Shown piece by piece: positions 8,471 through 19,002 of a stretch of 64,000 nucleotides of DNA. The stretch lies in NCBI GenBank assembly GCA_010093745.1, contig MU005974.1:124001-188000 (forward strand). The letters are read 5' to 3'. The stretch's first letter is position 1. Every line of letters starts with the position of its first letter. Origin of the DNA: Piedraia hortae CBS 480.64. Lineage: Eukaryota. The notes under the pieces were generated by a model. That model was not told where the DNA came from and searched no databases. It worked only from the letters and a program-made list of their open reading frames with translations. A program made the translations under genes and the position numbers.

Positions 8471-11107
8471 TTAGATATACTTGTGTACTACAAGCCATTC
8501 CTTCAAGACGTCAGCGTCTCTCTTTGCGTAGGCGACATTGGACCGGATCCGGTCCCGTGCAACGGCAAGACCGCGGTCGTAGCCCTTGATGTCCTTGTCT
8601 TTAAAGAACTCTCCAATTTCCTTCTCGATTTCAGGCGAGACGAGCTCTTGTAGAGTGACCCGGATGTATCGCTCGAGGACTATAGCGTTCGCGCCGAGGA
8701 GTTTCTCCACCTTGGCCCAGTTGTTTTTCAGGTGGTACCAAACCTCATCGCGAACGGCAATATTACGCGTGAGCGCCCCACCCATGAAGTGCAAGTTTTG
8801 CACGGCAACATTGTTGTCACTAAAAGCGAAATCGAGATAATCTCTTGCCAGGGCGGGGGTCGGGACCTGACCCATGGCTTGGACGGTGATTTCAGTGCCA
8901 TCGATAGAAGTTGTGCTTAAGTGCTCCTTTTTCACTTGCTCATAGGAAGTTTTGTCTCCGTTCTTGATGCATATTTTGAAGATTGGCAAACGCAAAGAAG
9001 GGTGCATTGTAGATTTGTTGGATCCATTAAAATAGTCATCAAAACGTTTTTGGGCTTCGGAGACGGTTCCCTCATGACCGACAAGTCCAGCCTGAGTGAT
9101 AAGTAGAGATCGCAGTTGACTGGTCAAGAAGCTTTCCTTTGCAGGAAATTTCCAGCCAATCTTTTCGACCGCAGGAGAGATGAGCTTCAATTTGAAACGC
9201 TGTAAGCCCTCTGCAACCTCTTTATCGGTGAAGATCTGCTGAATCCTCGTCAGGGTGGATAACACCTCAACCCAGACAAAATAGTCGGTTTCCGAGGAGA
9301 AGCCCTCCAGAAAAGATAAGACAGTGCTGGTATGTCCCAAGCCTGCCTGAGCCATGGCTGCCGCATCACCGATCAAGCCAACCTTGTCCTCCACGGAGAG
9401 CTTGTTAAGAGACCCGCCGAGCTGGACCAGGCGTTGCGGAGGGAGGTTGACACGGTAGAATCCCGTGTGGTCAGCATTGATCTTGTAAAAATTGGTATCC
9501 ACTTCACGATACGTAGACTCTTTGATCGTGAGCGCATCCCACTTCTTGTCTTGAGACTTGAAAGTGATTGGGATCCACCAAGTTGTCTCATCCTCTTCTG
9601 GCTTCACATCTCCAGTAGACAAGAAGCGATTCTGCTTGACTCCGACCTGACCCGGCTCTTCCGCGACCGTAACAACAGGGAAGCCAATCTTGTTAATCCA
9701 AGGGCCCATAAAGGCAGCAACATCCTGTCCCGATGCCTTACTAAGGGCTGCCCATAGATCATTTGTCGTGGCATTGCCGTACTGATGTTTGGCAAGGTAA
9801 GCAGCCACTCCTTTCAAAAAAACATCCACTCCAAGATAAGACGCCAGCATGCGGATAACCGAGCTCCCTTTCAGATAGCTGATGTGATCAAAGATTTGAT
9901 CCACCTCCAGAGCATTCTTCACGGGAACCTCGATCGGATGACTTGTGCGGAGAGAGTCAAGCTCAAAAGCCATCTGCATGCTCTCTGTGACAAACTGGCC
10001 CCATGTATTCCAGTCAGGGTACAGATATGCGACCGCATACCAGCCAACCCAAGTCGCGAAGCCTTCGTTCAGCCAGAGCTCATTCCACCAATCCATGGTG
10101 ACCAAATTACCGAAGAACATGTGGCTCAACTCGTGCGCACAAACGTAAACCACGCGATTTCGGTATTTTTGGTCAGACTTCTCTTCGTCGAAAAGCACCG
10201 TGGTTGTGCGGTACGTGATGAGACCCCAGTTCTCCATTGCACCGTGGGAGAATTCATGCACGGCGAGCAAGTCGATCTTGGGTAACGGGTAGTCGATCTG
10301 GAATATGTCCGAGAAGTAATCCACGATCTTGTGCGAGCTGTCCAGAGCCAATTTGCCCTGATCCTTCAGCCCGCGAGTCGTGTAGACGCGTACGGGAAGG
10401 CTCTTGCCCTTATACTTGCGCCTAGTGAAGTCTTCAATGTACTCAAAATCCCCAAAAGCCCATGCCAGAAGATAAGTGCTCATTATAGGTGTTTGATCGA
10501 AGCTGACGACCTTCTTGCCCGAAGCCTTGCCCTTTCTAACCTCTTTTTCGGGCATGTTGCTTAGAGCAGTCAGACGCTCAGGGATTTCAATCTCAAAGTC
10601 AAAGGTGGCTTTGAGGTTGGGCTCGTCAAAACAAGGGAATGCTCGCCTAGCATCGGAGCTTTCGAACTGGGTGCTAAACATGTAGCAATCATCTCCCTCC
10701 CGCGCCACGCCGTCGGTCGGCGTGGTGACGGGCTTGTATTTGGAACGGTAGAAGCCCGCCATGATATTGTTCATCGTGCCCTCGAAAGTGATTGATAAAA
10801 CGGCCTTGCTTCCCTCTTGCAAGGCTTGGTCAAAGGAGACTGTGCATCTCTGATTTTGCACGTCATATGAGATGTCAGATGCTTTGATCAATGATTCAGT
10901 CTTTCCAGTTTCCGAAGAAACTTCAGCAGAGTGGATCTTGAGCTGGAAAGCGTTCAGAGTGATGGATTTTGTAGATGTCTTCACTTGCAACGAAATGTGA
11001 ACTGAGCCTTGATATGTCCATGGCTCTGAGTCTTTGAGATCAAACAAAGAGATGGAATAGTTGACTGGTTTGACATTGTCGGGAAGGACGTCTCGATCTG
11101 AAGGCAT
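8471..11107 (-). CDS. APE2: M1 alanyl aminopeptidase (Ape2/Aap1-like)
   Basis: GAMENWGL and HELSH-x18-E zinc motifs, ARRAFPCFDEP, ERAP1-like C-terminus. Start at MPSDRDVLP (11107); in-frame ATGs also exist at 11176 and 11185. Confidence 0.92.
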   Translation of the reverse strand: MPSDRDVLPDNVKPVNYSISLFDLKDSEPWTYQGSVHISLQVKTSTKSITLNAFQLKIHSAEVSSETGKTESLIKASDISYDVQNQRCTVSFDQALQEGSKAVLSITFEGTMNNIMAGFYRSKYKPVTTPTDGVAREGDDCYMFSTQFESSDARRAFPCFDEPNLKATFDFEIEIPERLTALSNMPEKEVRKGKASGKKVVSFDQTPIMSTYLLAWAFGDFEYIEDFTRRKYKGKSLPVRVYTTRGLKDQGKLALDSSHKIVDYFSDIFQIDYPLPKIDLLAVHEFSHGAMENWGLITYRTTTVLFDEEKSDQKYRNRVVYVCAHELSHMFFGNLVTMDWWNELWLNEGFATWVGWYAVAYLYPDWNTWGQFVTESMQMAFELDSLRTSHPIEVPVKNALEVDQIFDHISYLKGSSVIRMLASYLGVDVFLKGVAAYLAKHQYGNATTNDLWAALSKASGQDVAAFMGPWINKIGFPVVTVAEEPGQVGVKQNRFLSTGDVKPEEDETTWWIPITFKSQDKKWDALTIKESTYREVDTNFYKINADHTGFYRVNLPPQRLVQLGGSLNKLSVEDKVGLIGDAAAMAQAGLGHTSTVLSFLEGFSSETDYFVWVEVLSTLTRIQQIFTDKEVAEGLQRFKLKLISPAVEKIGWKFPAKESFLTSQLRSLLITQAGLVGHEGTVSEAQKRFDDYFNGSNKSTMHPSLRLPIFKICIKNGDKTSYEQVKKEHLSTTSIDGTEITVQAMGQVPTPALARDYLDFAFSDNNVAVQNLHFMGGALTRNIAVRDEVWYHLKNNWAKVEKLLGANAIVLERYIRVTLQELVSPEIEKEIGEFFKDKDIKGYDRGLAVARDRIRSNVAYAKRDADVLKEWLVVHKYI

Positions 11108-11230
11108 GATGAAGATGGTATGTATTCGTCTATCGTTAAACGTACAGACATTAGAGTCGAAGCTACCCCGCTCCATACCCCACATTTACGCTATGACTCA
11201 TAACCGCTCGTATTCACGACTCACTTCGCG

Positions 11231-11751
11231 CTAAAGGCGGATGACAGCGTCCAAACACGGCAGCCGCAGCTGGAATCTTCCTTGGAGAGACGTGCGGAGC
11301 GCTTCGAAGCCGCTTACTGCCGCGTCGGTCAAGCTGACGAGGGCCAGTTTCCGCCGCAGCTCATCTACCGTGGTTCCGTTAATAGTCCCGGTTCCATTAG
11401 TGTTGTTCAAGGCCGCAAAGGCCAATCCAGCCGCATCCAGAATCATGCTTCCGTTTACCGTGATATTCTTGGCGTCAAAAGTGGCATTGTCTACCCCTGT
11501 AAACCCATCAGAGTGGCCCCATGGCGACTCAAACCAGTTCGTGCTGAAATCGAAGAGTGAAAAGACCAAGACAAACAGCAGAATGGAGCAGTACACGCAT
11601 GGTCGTTGTAAGGCGTACGTGGCAAAGAGGAAGAGCGCGACGTAGAGCGGCGAGGCGTTGGTCCTGGGGAGAGTTAGTTTTCAGCGTTCAGCTCGCTCTG
11701 CACCACTTACAGGAAGATGAGCAGTGGAATCCACGACCGCAGACAGAACAT
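11231..11751 (-). CDS. BC10/BLCAP-family small membrane protein; exons 11751-11711 and 11663-11231
   Basis: Spliced N-terminus MFCLRSWIPLLIFLTNASPLYVALFLFATYALQRPCVYCS fits the BC10 pattern. Intron 11710-11664 (GTAAGT...CTAAC...CAG). Confidence 0.8.
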
Positions 11752-11938
11752 GGCGGCGTGGTAAAGATTCGGTGCGAATCGATGGGCGAAAACTGCCCGG
11801 AACAACCCCGGATCTAACATTGGTCACGTGATTTGAGACCAGACAAGAGGCAAAGAAACTCCGTTAGGAAGCTGTTGAACGAAAAACAAACTACTGACCG
11901 GTTGCCCATAAGGTCGTTCCCCATGTCGTGCCTCGCAT

Positions 11939-12672
<734 letters not shown>

Positions 12673-12743
12673 TGTGTTGCTTTGTTGATGGTCAGGAGAG
12701 GGCGGCGCGAACTGCCAAGCCTTTGTAACGGTAACAGTAAGGC

Positions 12744-12884
12744 GGTGGCTACTTTTGTCAGACCGCCTGATCAGGTTGTCAATAGGGTTTAGCGCTCCGT
12801 AAGAGCAGCAAGGGTTTTCCACTTTTAGTAAACGCTAAGCTTAATTGGTAACCTGATCAGACGGTCTGACAGGAAGTATCCACC
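12744..12884. repeat. Long imperfect inverted repeat (~50-bp hairpin)
   Basis: 12744-12794 pairs with 12833-12884. The core TGTCAGACCGcCTGATCAGGTT / AACCTGATCAGaCGGTCTGACA has one mismatch. Confidence 0.9.
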
Positions 12885-13135
12885 AGTCAAAAACCGTCAT
12901 CCAAACATAGGATCCAACACCCGCAGCAGTAAACGGAGAAGCTAAGCTTACCAAATCGTCCAAGGACGCCCGTTCCCATCGCTCAGAGCGCATTAACGGC
13001 GCATCGTGCATCTCCCAGCGACGTACACCCCGCATGACAAGCTCCACGTACCTAAGCAATATGAAGGATTAGGGCCATGGTGGAAGAGGAAAGGCAGAAA
13101 ATATTCACAAGAGGCGGTAAATTTCTAGCCTATTC

Positions 13136-14127
13136 TCACCATGTTCCATGATCACCCCTGTCTGCCTCGTACCACGTATACGACTCAAATGCTGTTCCGA
13201 ACCTCATCTCTTCCACCTCCGTCTCCAAACCATCTCGCCATTCGAACCTTTTCGGGTCATTCGGATCTTCTACACCAATATCTTTGCACTCAAAGGCCAT
13301 ACCGTAGTAGGAGTGCAACTTAGTTTTGATCCACTTCATCGGAGCATAACCCACACATTCAAAATCGATAACGCTCACCGTGCCGGTCTCCTCGTCAAAA
13401 AGAAAATTTTCCGGCTCGAGGTCAACATGTTGAAGAACAGGGATCTACTCATATCCATCCGGGCGTCCTTGGCATTTTGCTCCAACTTGTCCGGGTTGAA
13501 CCTCTCTATTACTTCGCCGACGTCCGAAAGCCAGGGTTCGAAAAGTTAGCCGCCATCACTCCCCCAACATAGTCTGCCTCTTGAGTAGACAGGACTTTGA
13601 TGAAGTTGACAACCTGGCGCACGCAGTTGGCCTTGCGGTCATCATCCATCGTATTCCACACTCGGTTAATTGTTTGTCCCTTCATGGCATAGACGATGAT
13701 GAATCGCTTGTCATCCCACTCGCCATGGTACAGGACACGCGGAATCTCCACGCCCAACTGAGCCGTGACGTGGCTTAGAGCTTTAAGCGTAACATGCTCA
13801 CGCGTGATTTTGATATCCGGTGGAAATATGTGAGCCGTCTTCAGGTACGCGTCGCAGATCTTCCATGCGCCGTGCGATGCAGCTGAATATTCCATGGGGA
13901 ATGAGGTAGGCTTCTCGGACTGAGCTTGGGGAATGGACTCGCCATCAACTAGCTCGCGAAAAGCATAAGATACTATCTACCCTTCTTCAACGCTGGGGAT
14001 GCAGTCTTCTTGGCTATGTAGGTCCTGTCGTCTCGCATGAGATCAGGAGCTTGCCGCTGACGAGCCATGACTTGTGATCTATGGCGAGGATCTCGCATTT
14101 CATGGTATGGAGTCCTTTCCAATCCAT
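13136..14127 (-). pseudogene. APH/choline-kinase-like phosphotransferase pseudogene, paralogue of 17187-18185
   Basis: Colinear with the intact copy (MDWKGL..., SHGAWKI, VEIPRVLYHGEWDDKRFII, SVIDFE, FECKDIGVEDPNDPKRFEW). Broken by in-frame stops and about three frameshifts (near 14015, 13555 and 13440). Confidence 0.88.
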
Positions 14128-14681
14128 AATGCGTGTATAATTCTTGTTGTCAACGGGATGAAGGGCAGTAGCTGGTTTACAAAGACCACAACATCACGTG
14201 CTAGGTAGACTGTTGGAGTCAGGCATCGCCGCTAGCGTGTATGCGGGACACTTGCACAGCAAATCAGCTATACCCCCTACACTACCGGCTGCATCCTAGG
14301 TTTTTCCCTCACAGAGGCTTTCCCTCTGGGTCATGTCACAGGTTACATGGCGAATGCGCCCCTGCTACTGTAGGCTGGTGGGTCATAGATGACTCACATC
14401 ACGACGTGACGTCACCGGCCCACCAATACAGAATACTTATTCTGACGTCCCCACGTAGAGAGACAGTCACACACATAGTCATACACTGTGTCACATCGAC
14501 ACTGGTATTTACTCCTATTCACCTGCATCTTTCCTGTCTCTGTCGTTGATCTCCGTCTATCGCTACGTTCTCCTAGTTGGGGCCGCTGCGCACTCCATCC
14601 ACGAGAGTCCTATAGCTACATGAACAACAACATAATGCACACTTATGCAGGGCGTATGCCGCAATTGACGAACCGCAGATA

Positions 14682-16204
14682 CAGTACCCCGAGAAATTGG
14701 TAACATGTTTAGGATTTTTTGACACATCAAAACCATGATTTTCGTTAAATTGCACCGATACGTTCAAAATTAGTATCATTCGATAGGCCTTTCAAAGCGC
14801 TATCATAATTGATGTCAAAGTTGGACGGGTTCGTAGACCAATTTATCGGCGACGCTTCCAAATCCTTCCTCTAACCGAAACAACGCGTCGCAAACCACGC
14901 ACAACACCTCTACACAAGCGAAAAGCTTACACAACGTTCCGTAGAGTCGTGAATTTCATTGACATTCTATTGCGCTTTCCTGTTCACCATGCACCCTCTC
15001 GGAGACTCTAGACGCGACAAGGTGCTTGCGGGCATCGAAGCGGGCAAAGCTCAGCGACAAGTGGCCAAAAACATGGGTTGTAGTAAGACGTTCGTTCAGA
15101 AACTCCGCAAGGACTTTGATGGAAAGAGAGGCGGGGCCGAAACGCCACGGGCCGGGCGTCCAGAGAAGCTGGATAAGGTCACGAAGAGGCGATCGGCCAG
15201 GTTGATGCGCACGAACAGGTGCCCGTATGCCGAAGCGTGACCTATGGGTCGGCTTCGGTCCTGATACCGTCCGCAAAGCTTTCAAAGAGCAAGGATTAAG
15301 GGCTGTCTAGAAGAAGGCCTCAGCACCATCGAAGAAAGCAAAGGCTGATCGCCCTCGGTGGGCCACTGAGCACTTGGAATGGACAGCTGGGGACTGGAAG
15401 AAAGTCCTGTTCTCGGACAAAACTAAAATCCACAGTGTTGGATCCGACGGCGTGCAATGGTCGTGGATTCTCCCCCACGAGACCGAGTTCGAGGAACATA
15501 ACGTGAGGGGCACAGTCAAGCTCGGCGGCGGGAATGTCTTGATTTAGGGGTGCATGTCCGGAGTAGGAGTGGGGAGGTTCGATTTTGTCGTTGGGCGAAT
15601 GGATGCGCCGCAGTACGTCAGTATACTGCGTAATAACCTTGGGGTAGCATGCGCTTCCTCCGCTGTGACAAGTTCCAGCAGGAAGGAGATAGCAAGCATG
15701 CCTCGAAACTTGGCCGGGACTGGTTTGAGGACAACAGGATCATTGTTCTGGACTGGCCTGTCTACTTCCCGGACCTTCATTCCGTTGAGCATCTGAGGGA
15801 GATTGTCAAGAGGAGGCTGGCCGGTTATGAGACCGTTGCCGAGAGCCAGGAGGAGCTGAAGGAGCAGGTCGGGGAGGCATAGGCCTCCATTACGCCCGAG
15901 GAGTATTATACACTCGTTGAGAGTATGCCGAGGCGTTGTGCAGCTGTTGTCAAAGCCTAAGGAGGTCCAACTAAGTAATACTAGAGTAGCCCCGCCGGTA
16001 AATTGGTCACTTGATTCGTCCAACTTTGACATCAATTATCTCTACTAGTGTACCACATACAAACACAAAACAAAACGAATCGGGTAGCCCTTTGAACGGC
16101 CTATCAAATGATACTACTCTTGAAGGTATCGGTGCAATATAGCAGAAGTCATGGGTTTGATGTTCCAAAAACCCCAAACATGTTACTAATTTCTCGAGCT
16201 ACTG
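14682..16204 (+). mobile_element. Degenerate Tc1/mariner (Tc1-like) DNA transposon with long TIRs and TA target-site duplication
   Basis: TA|CAGTA...TACTG|TA ends. TIRs at 14682-14856 and 15988-16204 are roughly 80-85% identical by eye. Transposase remnant lies inside. Confidence 0.93.
14989..15984 (+). pseudogene. Tc1-like transposase remnant
   Basis: HTH plus GRP motif, WTAGDWKKVLFSD, TVKLGGGNVLI*GC, FQQEGDSKH, WPVYFPDLHSVEHL and SMPRRCAAVVKA*GGPTK. Several stops and frameshifts. Confidence 0.92.
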
Positions 16205-17186
16205 TACTCATTCTCCATGCTTGCGATGGCATTGCTTGTTCCTCTCAAATTATTGAGCGTAATGTTGAGTTGGGCCACTTGTGATGAAAATTTAAATTCG
16301 ATACACTTGATTAATAGCCAGCGTACATGCCGTAGAGTCTCGCACAGCAAACACCCAGACGATCAGAAGCAGGCCTGTATAACCCTCTCCATCAGCCCCA
16401 ACAAAACTTTTGGGACGTCATGTATTGATCTTATCTGAAGCTGTCTATAATACACATGTCAGTCATGTTTTACGTAAATATATACGATTCGACTTCGAAT
16501 GTGTCAAGCTTAGCTATAGCATGCCGCTCGCGAGGAACGGATCCAAGAGAAGAACAGTTAGGGCAAATGGAAGAAAGTTGGGTTCCTTCCCTGGTCAGTT
16601 GTCTAGCCTCGAGACTCGCTGCTTTAGTTTACTTATCTGTTAAACATATCGACATGGAATCTCTTGCGAGCCAGGCCTACTACTGGATGGAAACTGCCAT
16701 CCACACAAAGAGCCTACCTAATATTAAATGGAACAGAGGCAACGAGCACACCAAATGTCCAAAGGCATCTATTCACGCCACACAGAGTGCACTATCAACA
16801 AAACTGCACCCCTTAAGCGGCATACACCCTAGACGTTATGCTCTATGCACATCCAGCAGAACCCACCAGTGAATTGCGTAAAATGGCTATCAGGACCGCA
16901 ACGTCCCTTCTTGTATGAAGTCCAAAGAACAATATACACACGTTTAGTATGATCACGCGGTCTGTTTGCCCCCGTCAGCTAATAAGTCCGGGAACGTGAG
17001 TGGTCTCCGCTTAACAAGAAGTAAGGGCTGGGCATTCCCTCCCAGACAGCAAAGCGAAATCAAGCGGAACCACTTGAAGGCATTGAAACGCGCGGTGTCT
17101 GAAAAGGACGGCTACAATTGAGAGCCGATTTTGAAGGCAGGAAAGAGTAACAGGATGTAGTCATCTTCTAGCCTTAACTAATGCAA

Positions 17187-18185
17187 TCATTCTTTTTGTC
17201 CCTCTTTCTTCGTAGTGACCCACGCAATCCACGAGTCACGTGCTGTTTCAAACCCCATTTCTTCCAAGTCCCTCGACACACCAAGCTGCCACTCGAATCT
17301 TTTCTCATCATTTGGATCTTCTGCACCAATATCTTCACATTCGAAGGCCATAGCCAAGCGGCAGTCGAAACTAGTCCTGATCCACTCCCTCGGAGCATAG
17401 CCCGCAATTTCAAAATCAATGACACTCGCCTTTCTTGTGTTCACATCATAAAGAACGTTTAATGGCCCGAGGTCACAATGTTGTAACACGAACGGTCTAT
17501 CCACATCCATTCCGGCGTCCTTGCAATTCTGCTTGAGCCTTTCGTGATTGAAAGCCTCTAGGTCATTGTCATCGTTACTGGCCGAAAGGAAATGGTCAAA
17601 AAGGTAGCCACCATCCACTCCACCGATGTAGTCAGCCTCTTGAGATGATAGGGCCTTAACGAAGTTGGCGACCTGGCGTGTGCAGTCGGTTTTTTGATTA
17701 TCATCCATCGTTTTCCACACTCGAGCCAGGATCTGTCCTTTCATGGCGTTGACGATGATGAAACGCTTGTCGTCCCACTCGCCATGGTACAGGACACGCG
17801 GGATCTCCACACCCAGCTGGACTCCGAGGTAATTTATAGCGTTCAGCGTTACATGCTCACGTGTGACCTTGATATCCCTTGGATATATGTGGGCCGCCTT
17901 CAGGTAGGCGTCGCCAATCTTCCATGCGCCGTGCGACCCAGCTGAATATACCATAGGGAATGGCACGGGCTTATCAGGCTGGGTTTGAGGAACGGGCTCA
18001 TCATCAGATAGCTCGCGGAAAGTGTAGGATACCGTATCTCCCTCTTCCATGCTGGAAATGCGATTTTCGCCCTCTGTAGGACCTGTTGTCTCGTGTGAAA
18101 CGAGGAGTTTGCTGCCAACGAGCCATGAGTTGTCATCGATGGCGCATATCGCGCCTTTCATACTGGGGGGTTCTTTCCATTGCAT
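17187..18185 (-). CDS. APH/choline-kinase-like phosphotransferase (protein-kinase-like fold), substrate unknown
   Basis: Intronless ORF from MQWKEP. Putative ATP-binding Lys (AYLK), Brenner-type HCDLGPLNVL and IDFE motifs. Confidence 0.82.
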   Translation of the reverse strand: MQWKEPPSMKGAICAIDDNSWLVGSKLLVSHETTGPTEGENRISSMEEGDTVSYTFRELSDDEPVPQTQPDKPVPFPMVYSAGSHGAWKIGDAYLKAAHIYPRDIKVTREHVTLNAINYLGVQLGVEIPRVLYHGEWDDKRFIIVNAMKGQILARVWKTMDDNQKTDCTRQVANFVKALSSQEADYIGGVDGGYLFDHFLSASNDDNDLEAFNHERLKQNCKDAGMDVDRPFVLQHCDLGPLNVLYDVNTRKASVIDFEIAGYAPREWIRTSFDCRLAMAFECEDIGAEDPNDEKRFEWQLGVSRDLEEMGFETARDSWIAWVTTKKEGQKE

Positions 18186-18849
18186 CTTGGGTGAATGATT
18201 GTTGTTTGAGAAAAAGTGGGAGTTGACCCACGACGCTACACTGAATCGATGTCGACAAATGCACAATTATTTTACAAGAACATAAGCGCTTATGCCGCTT
18301 TACGGCATTCGATTTAGCGGACTGCGCTTCCCGAGCAACAATTGACGGATAACCTGTCACGCACTTTGAACTCTGAAAGCACAAGACATGGCAAGCGCTT
18401 AGGATACGAAAACGCGTACATCGAACAAGTCTTTGTCCGGAGCGACATCCTATACGCGTATGTTTTAAGCCAATTGTAAGAGAAGGCGGCTAGGTGGGCG
18501 GCTAGTATCCAATCGTGGCGTAAGGCGGCTTTGCATGCAGCTTCAGCCGCCTATGCCGGTCCTTGGCACTTGCATATGTGCGGCAACTTTGTGCGCAACC
18601 TCAGCAACGATGCCTCAGCTTGCAAAAACTCCAGCCTAGTTTCATCCGGATAGCAAAAGCGCATGAGGTGTGGTCGAATGACTCAGTATGTCATTTCGCA
18701 GCCGAGCTAGAATCGATCCCACTATTTCCATAGCCTCACAAATTCAATTTGATAAAAATTCCCGCTTCCAAAATGCCAAAAAATTTGAAGTTCGTCGTGT
18801 GCGGAGAAACGCCCGCGAGTCATTTCTCACATCACGTCACGTGCAAATC

Positions 18850-18912
18850 ACACAACATCACACAACCTCACACGACACCACACCGCACCACACCACACCG
18901 CACCACACCACA
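18850..18912. repeat. Degenerate (CACCA/CACCG)n simple repeat upstream of SSL1
   Basis: Directly visible: acaccacaccgcaccacaccacaccgcaccacaccac. Confidence 0.75.
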
Positions 18913-19002
18913 ACGCAGTTCGCGGCCTAGACGTAAAACAACACCAACACCACCCCCTATCCCCCGTCCCTCGCCGACCACCAAATCTAGCAAAAACTTC
19001 CC

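Noticed and set aside
11108..11185. 26-aa in-frame N-terminal extension of APE2 as a targeting peptide
   Set aside because: It does not look like a presequence or signal peptide and starts only ~45 nt from the BC10 stop, so it is probably upstream of the TSS.
12788..12873. SRP helix-8-like UAGC-GCUC-CGUAA-GAGC-AGCA and TPP-riboswitch-like ACCTGATC...AGG within the hairpin
   Set aside because: There is no room for SRP helix 6, no convincing Alu domain and no Pol III terminator. There is no CUGAGA motif for a TPP aptamer. The resemblance follows from the palindromes.
14682..16204. Heavy RIP of the transposon
   Set aside because: The transposase remains GC-rich and TIR mismatches include many transversions; only a few stops fit C-to-T or G-to-A changes.
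14649..16830. 14-bp inverted match AGGGCGTATGCCGC / GCGGCATACACCCT flanking the Tc1
   Set aside because: It does not extend on either side and has no TSD; compatible with chance.
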